NCBI GenBank assembly: GCA_964016885.1
Contig: OZ024743.1
Location: forward strand, 330,212,001 to 330,276,000
Length of the DNA: 64,000 bases
Reading direction: 5' to 3'
Origin: Eledone cirrhosa
Taxonomy: Eukaryota
Shown here: positions 37,702-49,200 of the stretch, in pieces
Layout of the letters: the number at the start of each line of letters is the position of its first letter
Numbering within the stretch: position 1 is the first letter of the stretch
Program-made: the position numbers and the translations under genes
Notes under the pieces: model-generated
Databases searched by the model: none
Told to the model about the DNA's origin: nothing
Seen by the model: only the letters and a program-made list of their open reading frames with translations

Positions 37702-40127
37702 ATGGCTATGCTAAGAGTAGGCTGTTTAAATGCGCGTGGCCTGGGCTCAACTTGGAAGCAAGCAATGCTTCTAAATGACCTCAGGTCACAACGTATAGAT
37801 GTGATGGTTATTTGCGAGGCCCGGATCAGCAACGTGCGACAGCTGGCCCCCACCTTTGATGACTTTGAGATGCACGCATCTCTCTGTCAGCCCGGAGGTG
37901 GGGGTGGAGTTGTCATTCTGCTGCAAAAACATCTGGGTCTCGCAACACAGATGGTACATTTGGACCCGGAGGGTCGACTAGTGGTTCTGGACCTTGGCAG
38001 TGGTAAAGGCGGAGCGTTTAGGTTGGTAGCCGCCTACGGCCCTTTCGGGTCAATGCGGCCGGACTTCTTCCATCGTCTGGAGACTTTTCTAGGGACGTCC
38101 CGCTCCTTGCTATTAGTGGGGGACTGGAATGGTATCCTAGATGCACGCTGGGACTACGTAGGGGCCTGCCCCGATAGAGAGGGGTGTAATAGCCTCAAAG
38201 GGTTAATCGGTCGATTTGACCTGGCCGATAGATATCGACTAGATTTTCCGACTGCGCCAACCTGGACTTGGGCAAATCGTAGCGGATCATCTAGGTCGTA
38301 CCTAGATAGGTTCTTAGTTAGAATTAAGGATAAGGACTTTTTAAGTTGTCCAAAAATGCGCATGGTTGGCTATTCAGACCACAAATTAGTGACCTGCATG
38401 GTCAACCTTGACAGAACTCATAGACAGGGCCCCGGTTACTGGAAGCTCAACTTGTCCTTGCCGGCAAGTAGAGCCTACAGGAATCGGATTAGTACGTTAG
38501 TTAAGGAACGGTTGACTGGAGCGATCGTCAACAGCAGGTGGTGGGTATCTCTAAAGAGAGAGATTAGAGTAGTCTCGATAGAATTTAGTAAGGTTCTAGC
38601 TGCGGATAGGAATAGGAAGGAAAGGGAGCTAATAGATAGAGTAGAAGAGGCAATTAGAAGCGGCGACGTGGCCAGAGTGCTAGCGTCGAGAACGGCTTTG
38701 AGCCAGTTTTTCGACGCGAAGCACGAAGGCTGCGTTGTCCGAAGTAAAATACGTGCTCTAGGGAACGAGGGGACCAAAGCTGTTAGCTGGGCCCGCGTGA
38801 CAGAGGCCAACAGTGGAACTAAATCCACCATCCGGTCTTTGCGAGACCTGGATGGACGGGCGATTCTTGAGCCTAAGCAGATGTGTGAGGCCTTTCAAAG
38901 GCACTTTGCGTCGTCGGACGCTGGACGGAGGGCCCGGTGAAGTTGCTCGGGGTCTGGTTCGGACCGGACCTCCAGGTGGAGCAAAACTGGGCGGAGGTTA
39001 CGAACAGGGTGTTTGCACTGACCCAAAAGTGGGCCAGTTGCAAACTATCCCTGAAAGGCCGGGCGGAGGTGGCGAACACCTACATAGCGTCCGTCATCTA
39101 CTACCGCCTGACCGTAGTGCCCTGCCCAAGGGAAACCCTCACCAAGATGGAGCGCGCGCTCTTCCAATTCCTTTGGAAGAGGCGGGCTCCTATGGTGAGG
39201 AGATCCATCTGCTGTCAACACCCTTCGAAAGGAGGGCTGGGGATGCCGTGGCTAATGATGCGTAAACACGCATTAAGGCTACGGCACCTCTACGTATTCC
39301 TCACCGGACAACCGGTGTGGGCCTCGTTTGTGAGACGAACCTTTCCCAGACTCGTCTCACTCACCGAGCTGCAATCCTGGGTCAAGCAAAGACCGAGAAA
39401 ACTGGGCGCCTGGCACACTGAGTGTGCCCAGGCGCTCACCGCCCTCTGGCAGGCGGATCCGGTTATCAGTGGAGACTCCACCGCAACATTCTATAGAGGG
39501 CTGGTACGCAGCAGGTGCGACGACGCCCTCGGAGAAGCCCTAGACATGGAGGAGGACGAACTGGCCAGCCTGTTCGGTAGGACATTCAGCCCGGGACCTA
39601 TGGACAACTTCCAGAAGTCCCTGGCCTGGCAGTGCTACCGAGGGGCTTTACCCGTTCGAGAAAGGCTCTACAGACACGGGCGCCCGGGTAGGGACCCCGC
39701 CAAAAAGATCTGTCCCAGATGCGTGTGCGACGAGGAAACCGTTGCACACGCATTAGTACACTGCTCGGGCGTAGCCGATCTGTGGGGCTATGTCGAACAA
39801 CTGCTGTCAAGGGTGGGACCGATCCGGTTGACCACCGAGTCTATTGTAATGATCAAGCCGCCTCCCCCCTTCAAAGATGAAGCAGAGGCGGTGTTTCTGT
39901 GCGTAATAGCCATGGCGAAAGAGGTTGTATGGTGGACGCGTCTGAAAGGACTGAGGTCGGGCACCTTTCTCTCTGGCCAACAACTGGTCCGTTTCTTCCG
40001 ATATCATTTCGGAAGAAGGATCAGGATGGAGAGAGAGGTGCTGCACCCCAGCCGTTTCTATGAAAGATGGGTGAAAGTGGCGAGAATGGCCCGTGTGAAT
40101 GGGCCTTCACTCTACATCAGACTATAG
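37702..40127 (+). pseudogene. Tx1 ORF2 of copy 5 lacking ~1 kb that covers the RT core
   Basis: FQRHFA is followed directly by VVGRWTEGPVKLLG (frame-shifted); no YADD. Confidence 0.92.
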
Positions 40128-40418
40128 GTGAGGAAGATGAAAGACCAAGGGAGCACCCCTTCTCTGTGCTCCTGAGGAGAAGGGTTGCACACTTTTTTCG
40201 GGGGTGTGTGCGACCCCCCAAGGCGCCTCCTCTCTATTGAGGATTTTGTTAAAAATTTTATTTTTTGTTATATCTTATTTTATTTTTATATTTTGTTATT
40301 GCCTCCTCCTTATTGAGGACGCCTTTTTGTGTAAACTCCCCCCTTTGTACTTGTCCCACTTTTGATGCCCTAGTGGCAAATAAAAGAAATATATCTATCT
40401 ATCTATCTTTCTATCTAT

Positions 40419-40473
<55 letters not shown>

Positions 40474-40474
40474 G

Positions 40475-40510
<36 letters not shown>

Positions 40511-40594
40511 ATACAAATAAAGAAATATATCTATCTCTCTCTCTATATATATACACATACATACATATAAATATGTATGTATATAAATATATAC

Positions 40595-40625
<31 letters not shown>

Positions 40626-40691
40626 TATATATATATGTGTGTGTGAGTGTGTGTGTGTGTAGAAAGGACACCAGAGGAAGGACTGTGGTGG

Positions 40692-40741
<50 letters not shown>

Positions 40742-40757
40742 TATATTTATATATATA

Positions 40758-40802
<45 letters not shown>

Positions 40803-40831
40803 TTATATATATATATATATATATATTCATA

Positions 40832-40913
<82 letters not shown>

Positions 40914-40917
40914 TATA

Positions 40918-41935
40918 TCATCATCATCATCATCATCATCAGGTTTAGCGTCCGTGTTCCACGCTTGCATGGGTTTGGACGGGGGTTTTCCCACTTGAGG
41001 CAAGAGTGGTTGTCTTGCTCGCATAGGACTGTCTGGCGGGTTTTCTACAGTTGGATGCCCTTCCTAACACCAACCACATTTACAGTGTGGGGCTGGGAGG
41101 TTTTTACCGTGTTGCCTACACGGCCACATTACAGCGTGGACTGTCTGGCTGGTTTTCTACAGCTGGATGCCCTTCCTAACACCAACCACATTTACAGTGT
41201 GGGGCTGGGAGGTTTTTACCGTGTTGCCTACACGGCCACATTTACAGCGTGGACTGTGTGTTTTTTGTCGTGACACCTACACGATCTCATTTGTTTCGGC
41301 CTGGATGTTGTGGGACCAACATAACTTTGCATTGAAAGGGGCGGTGTGGGTGGGGTGGAGGTGGTGGGACGGGGGTGTGTTTTGATAGAGGTGCCTACTG
41401 ACTGTAGTAGGTTTTTACTTTGTATTTAGGTAAGGCGGGTCTTCTCTATTACTGAGTACCGCCAAAGGTCTCGGTCCAGTGACATTGTCTTGGAGAGGTG
41501 TAAGCGTGTGAGGTCGGAATTTATCAGCTCGTCCCATGTTTTTCTGGGTCTGCCTACTCCGTGGCTACCGTCTATCTTTATTGCCCTGCACTTTGTTATA
41601 CAGCTGTCGTCTTTCATGCGCATCACGTGACCGTACCAACGTAGCCTTCTCTCGAGTAAACAACATCTGATCCCTCTTATTTCTAATTTTTTCCTTAGTT
41701 CGTTTATGCTTTGCCGTTCACGTATATTACTATTGCACATCCAGCGGAGCATGCAAGCTTCGTTCCTCTCTAGTCTGCGTATATCCTCCGCACACAATGC
41801 CCAGGTCTCACTGCCATGCAGCATTGCTGTTCGTATGCAGGCATCGTATAACCTGCCTTTCATTTTTAGGGAGAACCCTCTAGCGGCTAATAGTGGTATA
41901 AGCTCTCTGAACTTTTTCCATCCAGTTCTGACTCT
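40918..41935 (-). mobile_element. RTE-clade LINE 3' fragment with a (GAT)n tail
   Basis: KGRLYDACIRTAMLHGSETW...RRLRWYGHVMRM...GRPRKTW; (CAT)n at 40918-40940 on the plus strand; ~110-bp tandem duplication in the 3' UTR (41026-41256). Confidence 0.88.
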
Positions 41936-41946
41936 ATATATATATA

Positions 41947-42045
<99 letters not shown>

Positions 42046-42337
42046 TCATTAGTTAAGCAAAACAAGACCACAGATATAACAAGGAAGACATTAATAAAAA
42101 AATTGTCAACATATTTTAGTTTATATATATATAAACGGAAAAAATGAAACGAAATTTCATTTCTCACTCTTAGTACGGCTGTTACTTAAATATAAGTATG
42201 TTTATGTACATACATATATGTATACAGACGTACTACTGTACGTCTGAATACATATGTGTATATACGTATACATACCTATATATATATATATGTAAAAGAA
42301 ATCAAAGAACGCTTACATACTCAAACAGTTTTTATTC

Positions 42338-42382
42338 GCTGACAATGTTTCATCCATACCGTTGGGCAGGAATCATCAGAGC
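42338..42382 (-). ncRNA. Minimal hammerhead ribozyme motif
   Basis: Minus strand reads gct-CTGATGA-tTCCTGCC(caac)GGTAtGGAt-GAAAC(att)GTC-agc, then AATAAA. Confidence 0.65.
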
Positions 42383-42510
42383 TTAATAAACAAAAATACA
42401 GTGCTGAGTATAAGCTCTACCAAGCTTAGTCACACAAACAATTGGAATACAATGTCAAAATATGGCACGGTACATGTGTGTTTATGCACATACGCACCGT
42501 GCTGTACGTA

Positions 42511-42679
<169 letters not shown>

Positions 42680-42957
42680 AAGACAACCGAGAAAGGACTG
42701 TAATGGTGACCCTAGGTATTAAACATGAAACAGATGATACTTACTGATGATAATAACAGTATAAAGGTAAGAAAGTATTTTGTCAGAGTGCAATATTCTT
42801 TTGCCAAAACTGATCATAATTGTAGCGGGTGTCTTTAGTTCTTCTCTGCAGTAATGCTTTCACCTTCATCATCGTGGGGCACAGTTGAGATATATCCCCT
42901 AGCCGAAGTGTGTATAATTGGCCCTTCATCTTCTTTTTATATTTGTCATTATTTGAA

Positions 42958-43141
42958 GGGCGGTGGATTGGCAGTATCGGTAGAGGGTCGGACGCCATGC
43001 TTTGCAGCATAGTTACGCCCCTTTACGATCTGAGTTCAAATCCCGCCGAGGTTGACTTTGCTTTCATCCTTACGGGGTCGATAATATAAAGTACCAGTAA
43101 TGCACTGGATAATTGCTGGCCTTGTGCCTAAAGTAGAAACA
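42958..43141 (+). mobile_element. tRNA-derived SINE, full-length
   Basis: A-box TGGCAGTATCGG, B-box GAGTTCAAATCC; TSD ATTATTTGAA at 42948-57 and 43142-51. Confidence 0.93.
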
Positions 43142-43355
43142 ATTATTTGAATGTTTTCTTCAGTCCTTTTCTTCTCTCTCTTATTACACAGATGATGACT
43201 GGGAGGAACTGTGTTAGTGAAATAAGTTTAGGTGTCAGAGTCCTATTTACGAAGTGTAAATACGGATGAGTAATGTACGTTCTTAAAGAGAAGAATTATT
43301 AAAAAAAGAAAAATATAAAGCATCTTACTTTTATTGACGAGGTAGAGGAAATAAT

Positions 43356-43537
43356 TGTTTCTACTTTTGGCACAAGGCCAGTAAAGTACCCAGTATATTA
43401 CTGGTACTTTATTTTATCGACCCCATAAGGATGAAAGGCAAAGTTAACCTCGGCGGGATTTGAACTCAGAATGGCAAGAGCCGTAACTCTATGTGTCAAA
43501 GCATGGCGTCCGACCCTACCGATACTGCCAATCCACT
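43356..43537 (-). mobile_element. tRNA-derived SINE
   Basis: Reverse complement of the family; TSD GAGGAAATAAT at 43345-55 and 43538-48. Confidence 0.93.
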
Positions 43538-43805
43538 GAGGAAATAATGGTGATTACAAAGAAATAATTTGAGCGAACGAAGAGTTAAATCTAAGTAACT
43601 AAAATAACTATTAACGAAGTGGTTGATTAAAATATTTATTAGAGGTTCATTTAGTTAAAGTATTACAAACCCATTTACGGGGCCAACACAGTCTAAATCG
43701 TTTGAGTGCTTTTTTAGACAGATAAGGTTACCATTTATTTCAATTGCTTGTTTGTTTAACATTTCTATCTGTTTGCCGCATTTATTTACATTGCCATCTT
43801 CTCTG

Positions 43806-43874
43806 TTTGAGCTTTTAGTTAATTCAATTTGAGCTTTTAGTCAATTCAATTTGAGCTTTTAGTTAATTCAATTT
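43806..43874. repeat. 22-bp unit repeated three times
   Basis: tttgagcttttagttaattcaa x3. Confidence 0.85.
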
Positions 43875-44164
43875 CCTGCGTACCACCGTTCTTGAATAGA
43901 TTTAAACCTTGTCTCAATCCATCACCAACGATACGCTGATTAACCAGATACAGAATTTGTTTTCTGTTTTATTCAAGGATTGCTTCTCTATTTTCCTATT
44001 CTTTGATTGTTTTTTGTTTTTTATATATCAATGTTATTTCTAGTGTATATAAACAGTATAAACTTTACAAAGAATGATATCGTAAACAGAGAAAATCAAA
44101 AACACATTAATGTACATAGCAAATGAAACTAACAAACTCTCACCTACTCAGACTTTTAAGCTTG

Positions 44165-44232
<68 letters not shown>

Positions 44233-44322
44233 AAACATGTTTGAGCAGTGACAGCTTGTACATTCTATTAATTCCAAGTTAGAAACATGTCAAATAAGTC
44301 AATGTGACATTATACACACACA

Positions 44323-44408
<86 letters not shown>

Positions 44409-44485
44409 CATACATATACGTATGTATGTGTGTGTATCTATATGTAAATGCATGTTTGTACATATGTATATATCTATCCTAGGTT

Positions 44486-44576
<91 letters not shown>

Positions 44577-45041
44577 ATGGTGACACATGTTCACCGACAT
44601 ATTACTGGACCTCTTACAGTTTCACACGACGGTCACACTGTCACAATATCTTGTTTACTTGTGAAACACAATCTCACTTAGAAACCACTTGACAAACTAA
44701 ACAAATACCACTCAACGATATTATGATATTAATGTAACAATTCAATATCACCAAACTAATTATGATTAATAATTCCTTCTTATAGATATGACTTGATCAG
44801 CTGGTAGAGTCGATAAAAAGTCGTATTTGATCCGGCTCTCTGACTTCTGTGTTCAAATGCCGCCTCCTGATTCCGGAAAAGTTATGAAATTCCTTCCAGG
44901 AGTTTCGACGTTCAAGTAATATAAACATTTATTTCATGGTAGAATGGCCTCTTCTGGTATGGAATTGGTCTGAAGATATGATCAAGAATATCCCCAAATA
45001 CGAATTGAAACAGGTTTACGACAGTTTTTACTCTGTTGGCA

Positions 45042-45104
45042 AGGGCGGTAACTCTATGCTGCAAAGCATGGCGGCCGATCCTCTACCGATACTGCCAATC
45101 CACC
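45042..45104 (-). mobile_element. SINE 5'-head fragment
   Basis: gtaactctatgctgcaaagcatggc...ctaccgatactgccaatccacc is the reverse complement of the SINE head. Confidence 0.75.
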
Positions 45105-45208
45105 GAAATAATGGTTATAAGAATAAATACGATTCTATTAATTTATAGATAACTTCCACTGTATTGCTTGGTAAGGCCGTCAACACTGTATCCTTATATA
45201 ACATTAGT

Positions 45209-45425
45209 GATGGATTGGCAGTATCGGTTGAGCATTGGGCAACGTGCTTTGCGTCAGATAGTTACGGCCCTTTACGTTCTGAGTTCAAATTCCACCGTGG
45301 ACAACTTAGCCTTTTATCATTACGGGGACGATAAAATAAACTTAAGATAATGAACTCGGGGTCGATTTTATAGACTTTCCCCGTCCCTTCAAACTGCTGG
45401 CCTTGTGTTAAAAGTAGAAACATTT
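45209..45425 (+). mobile_element. Diverged SINE of the same superfamily
   Basis: TGGATTGGCAGTATCGG...GAGTTCAAATTCC...GGCCTTGTGTTAAAAGTAGAAACATT. Confidence 0.8.
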
Positions 45426-46239
45426 ATGTAAATAGTTTACGACATTCAGAATCTTGTTTACTTTTCATAAGTGATTTTTCACTAAGGTGGTCGATTTGGC
45501 TGAATGATTAGAGGATCAGATATTTGTTTTGGTTCTCTGAGCTCTGAGATCAAATCTCGTCGAGGCCCACTGTCAGTGTCGGAGCCGATAAAGAATGTAG
45601 GAGCCCATGCTGGGTTGCAACTCTCACTCTCTCTCTCTGTCTTCCCGTGAATATCCTGCTGGATCAAGGAAGGAATGGTCGCGAAGGTGTCTGTGTCTGC
45701 TACCGAGTAGATGGGCACCTAAAGTAAATACCAGTGAAGAACCTGATTGGATCGTAATCGATTATACTCAATCATAGCAAACATGGGTGATAGAGGTCTG
45801 ATGTTAGTAGAATGCACTCAATCACATTAAACATGGCTGGTCAGCAACTTCTGTTAGTTCAATATTCTCAACCACATCAAACCTGGTGTCGAGGGTCGGT
45901 ATGCCACAGCTGGGAAGTGGGGGGGGGGGCCCTGCTGGCCTACAAAATAGCTCAAGTAGATTGTGTTTATCACCTCTGTAGGCCAAACATTTCCCCATGC
46001 GTTCTTGTCTGGGCACTAACTCCACCATATTGGGTTCGGTGTGAAAGCAAGAGCTTAGGGCTATAACCGATGTAATGCTTGGATTGCAGTATCCTAAAGT
46101 GCATATACTTGCAGCTGGGCACCTCTTGGGAAACCAATCGCCCAAAGAAACTCCATTAAAATGAACTTACACTGTGAATTCCTTCGATGGAGCCGGCGCA
46201 ACCCACCCTGGGTGAACGTTGTCTCAAGTACAAGTAAGT

Positions 46240-49200
46240 AGACCAAATATACGGGGTCAAGAGCTGATGTTAATCCAATACAATCAACCACACCATGCAT
46301 ACGTGGTCAAGACCAAATGTTAGTCCAATATACCCAACTACACCATACACAGGACGTCAAGACCGGATGTTAGTCCAATATACTCAAATACACCATACAT
46401 AGATGGTCAAAACCTTATGTTAGTCCAATATACCCAACCACACCAAAGATAGGTAGTCGGGACATTATGTTAGTCAAATATACTCAACTACACCATACAA
46501 AGGTGTTCTGGACCTTATGTTAGTCCAATATACCCAACCACACCATACACGGGTGGACGGGACCTTATGTTAGTCCAATATACCCAACCGCACCATACAC
46601 GGGTGATCGGGACCTTATGTTAGTCCAATATACCCAACTACACCATACATTGGTGGTCGGGACCTTATGTTAGCCTAATATACCCAACTACACCATACAT
46701 TGGTGGTCGGGACCTTATGTTAGCCTAATATACCCAACTACACCATACACGGGTGGTCGGGACCTTATGTTAGTCCAATATACCCAACCACACCATACAC
46801 AGGTAGTCGGGACCTTATGTTAGTCCAATATACCCAACTACAACATACACGGGTGGTCGGGACATTATGTTAGTCCAATATACCCAACCACACCATACAC
46901 AGGTGGTCGGGATCTTATGTTAGTCCAATATAACCAACCACACCATACACAGGTGGTCGGGACCTTATGTTAGTCCAATATACCCAACCACACTATACAC
47001 GGGTGGTCGGGACCTTATGTTAGTCCAATATACCAAAGCACACCATACACAGGTGGTCGGGACCTTATGTTAGTCCAATATACCCAACCACACCATACAC
47101 GGGTGGTCGGAACCTTATGTTAGTCCAGTATACACAACCACACCATACACGGGTGGTCGGGACCTTATGTTAGTCCAATATACTCAACCACACCATACAC
47201 AGGTGGTCGGGATCTTATGTTAGTACAATATACTCAACCACACCATACACAGGTGGTCAGGACCTTATGTTAGTCCAATATACCCAACCACACCATACAC
47301 GGGTGGTCGGGACCTTATGTTAGTCCAATATACTCAACCACACCATGCAGAGGTTGTCGGGACCTTATGTTAGTCTAATATACCCAACCACACCATACAC
47401 AGGTGGTCAGGACCTTATGTTAGTCCAATATACCCAACCACACCATACAAGGGTGGTCGGGACCTTATGTTAGTCAAATATACTCAACTACACCATACAC
47501 AGGTGGTCGGGACCCTATGTTAGTCCAATATACGCAACTACACCATACAAGGGTGGTCTGGACCTTATGTTAGTCCAATATACTCAACCACACCATACAC
47601 AGGTGGTTGGTACTTTATGTTAGTCCAATATACTCAAACACACCATACACAGGTGGTCGGTACCTTATGTTAGTCCAATATACCCAACTACACCATACAC
47701 AGGTAGTCGGGACCTTATGTTAGTCCAATATACCCAACCACACCATAAACGGGTGGTCGGGACCTTATGTTAGTCCAATATACCCAACCACACCATACAC
47801 GGGTGGTCGGGACCTTATGTTAGTCCAATATACCCAACCACACCATACACGGGTGGTCGGGACCTTATGTTAGTCCAATATACGCAACCACACCATACAC
47901 AGGTGGTCAAGACCTTATGTTAGTCCAATATAACCAACCACACCATACACAGGTGGTCGGGACCTTATGTTAGTCCAATATACCCAACTACACCATACAC
48001 AGGTGGTCATGACCTTATGTTAGTCTAATATAACCAACCACACCATACACAGGTGGTCGGAACCTTATGTTAGTCCAATATACCCAACCACACCATACAC
48101 AGGTAGTCGGGACCTTATGTTTGTCCAATATACCCAACCACAACATACAAGGGTGGTCGGGACACTATTTTAGTCCAATATACTCAACCACACCATACAA
48201 GGGTGGTCGGGACCTTATGTTAGTCCAATATACTCAACCACACCATACACAGGTAGTCTGGACCTTATGTTAGTCCAATATACCCAACCACACCATACAC
48301 AGGAAGTCGGGACCTTATGTTAGTCAAATATACCCAACCACACCATACACAGGTAGTCGGGACCTTATGTTAGTCCAATATACCCAACTACACCATACAC
48401 AGGTGGTCGGGACCTTATGTTAGTCCAATATACTCAACCACATCATACACAGGTAGTAGGGACCTTATGTTAGTCCAATATACCCAACCACACCATACAC
48501 AGGTAGTCGGGAACTTATGTTAGTCCAATATTCCCAACTACACCATACACAGGTATTCGGGACCTTATGTTAGTGAAATATACCCAACCACAACATACAC
48601 CAGTGGTCGGGACCTTATGTTAGTCCAATATACCCAACCACACCATACACAGGTAGTCGGGACCTTATGCTAGTCCAATATACCCAACCACACCATACAC
48701 AGGTGGTCGGGACCTTATGTTAGTCCAATATACTCAACCACATCATACACAAGTGGTCGGGACCTTATGTTAGTCCAATATACCCAACCACACCATACAC
48801 AGGTGGTCGGGACCTTATGTTAGTCCAATATACTCAACCACACCATACACAGGTGGTCGGGACCTTATGTTAGTCCAATATACTCAAGCACACCATACAC
48901 AGGTGGTCGGGACCTTATGTTAGTCCAATATACCCAACAACACCATACATAGGTGGTCGGGACCTTATGTTAGACTAATATACCCAACTACACCATACAC
49001 AGGTGGTCGGGACCTAATGTTAGTCCAATATACCAAAACACACCACACACGGGTGGTCGGGACCTTATGTTAGTCCAATATACTTAACCACGCCATACAC
49101 GTGTGGTCGAGACCTTATGTTAGTCCAATATACCCAACCACACCATACACGGGTGGTCGGGACCTAATGTTAGTCCAATATTCCCAACTACACTATACAC

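Larger units (their letters stand above)
35680..40390 (+). mobile_element. Tx1 copy 5 (TATC group), full-length ends, RT domain deleted
   Basis: ORF1 at 35891-37677; ORF2 APE part 37702-38909 joined directly to the post-RT region; AATAAA at 40379 and (TATC)n tail. Confidence 0.95.

Noticed and set aside
38905-38915. RT deletion in copy 5 as a splicing product
   Set aside because: The corresponding boundaries in copy 4 are not GT...AG; at most a 2-nt microhomology.
42783-43010. 75-aa minus-strand ORF as a host exon
   Set aside because: It starts inside a SINE and has no recognisable domain or clear splice boundaries.
42958-43050. tRNA gene
   Set aside because: A and B boxes are present, but there is no full cloverleaf and it is the head of a multi-copy SINE with TSDs.
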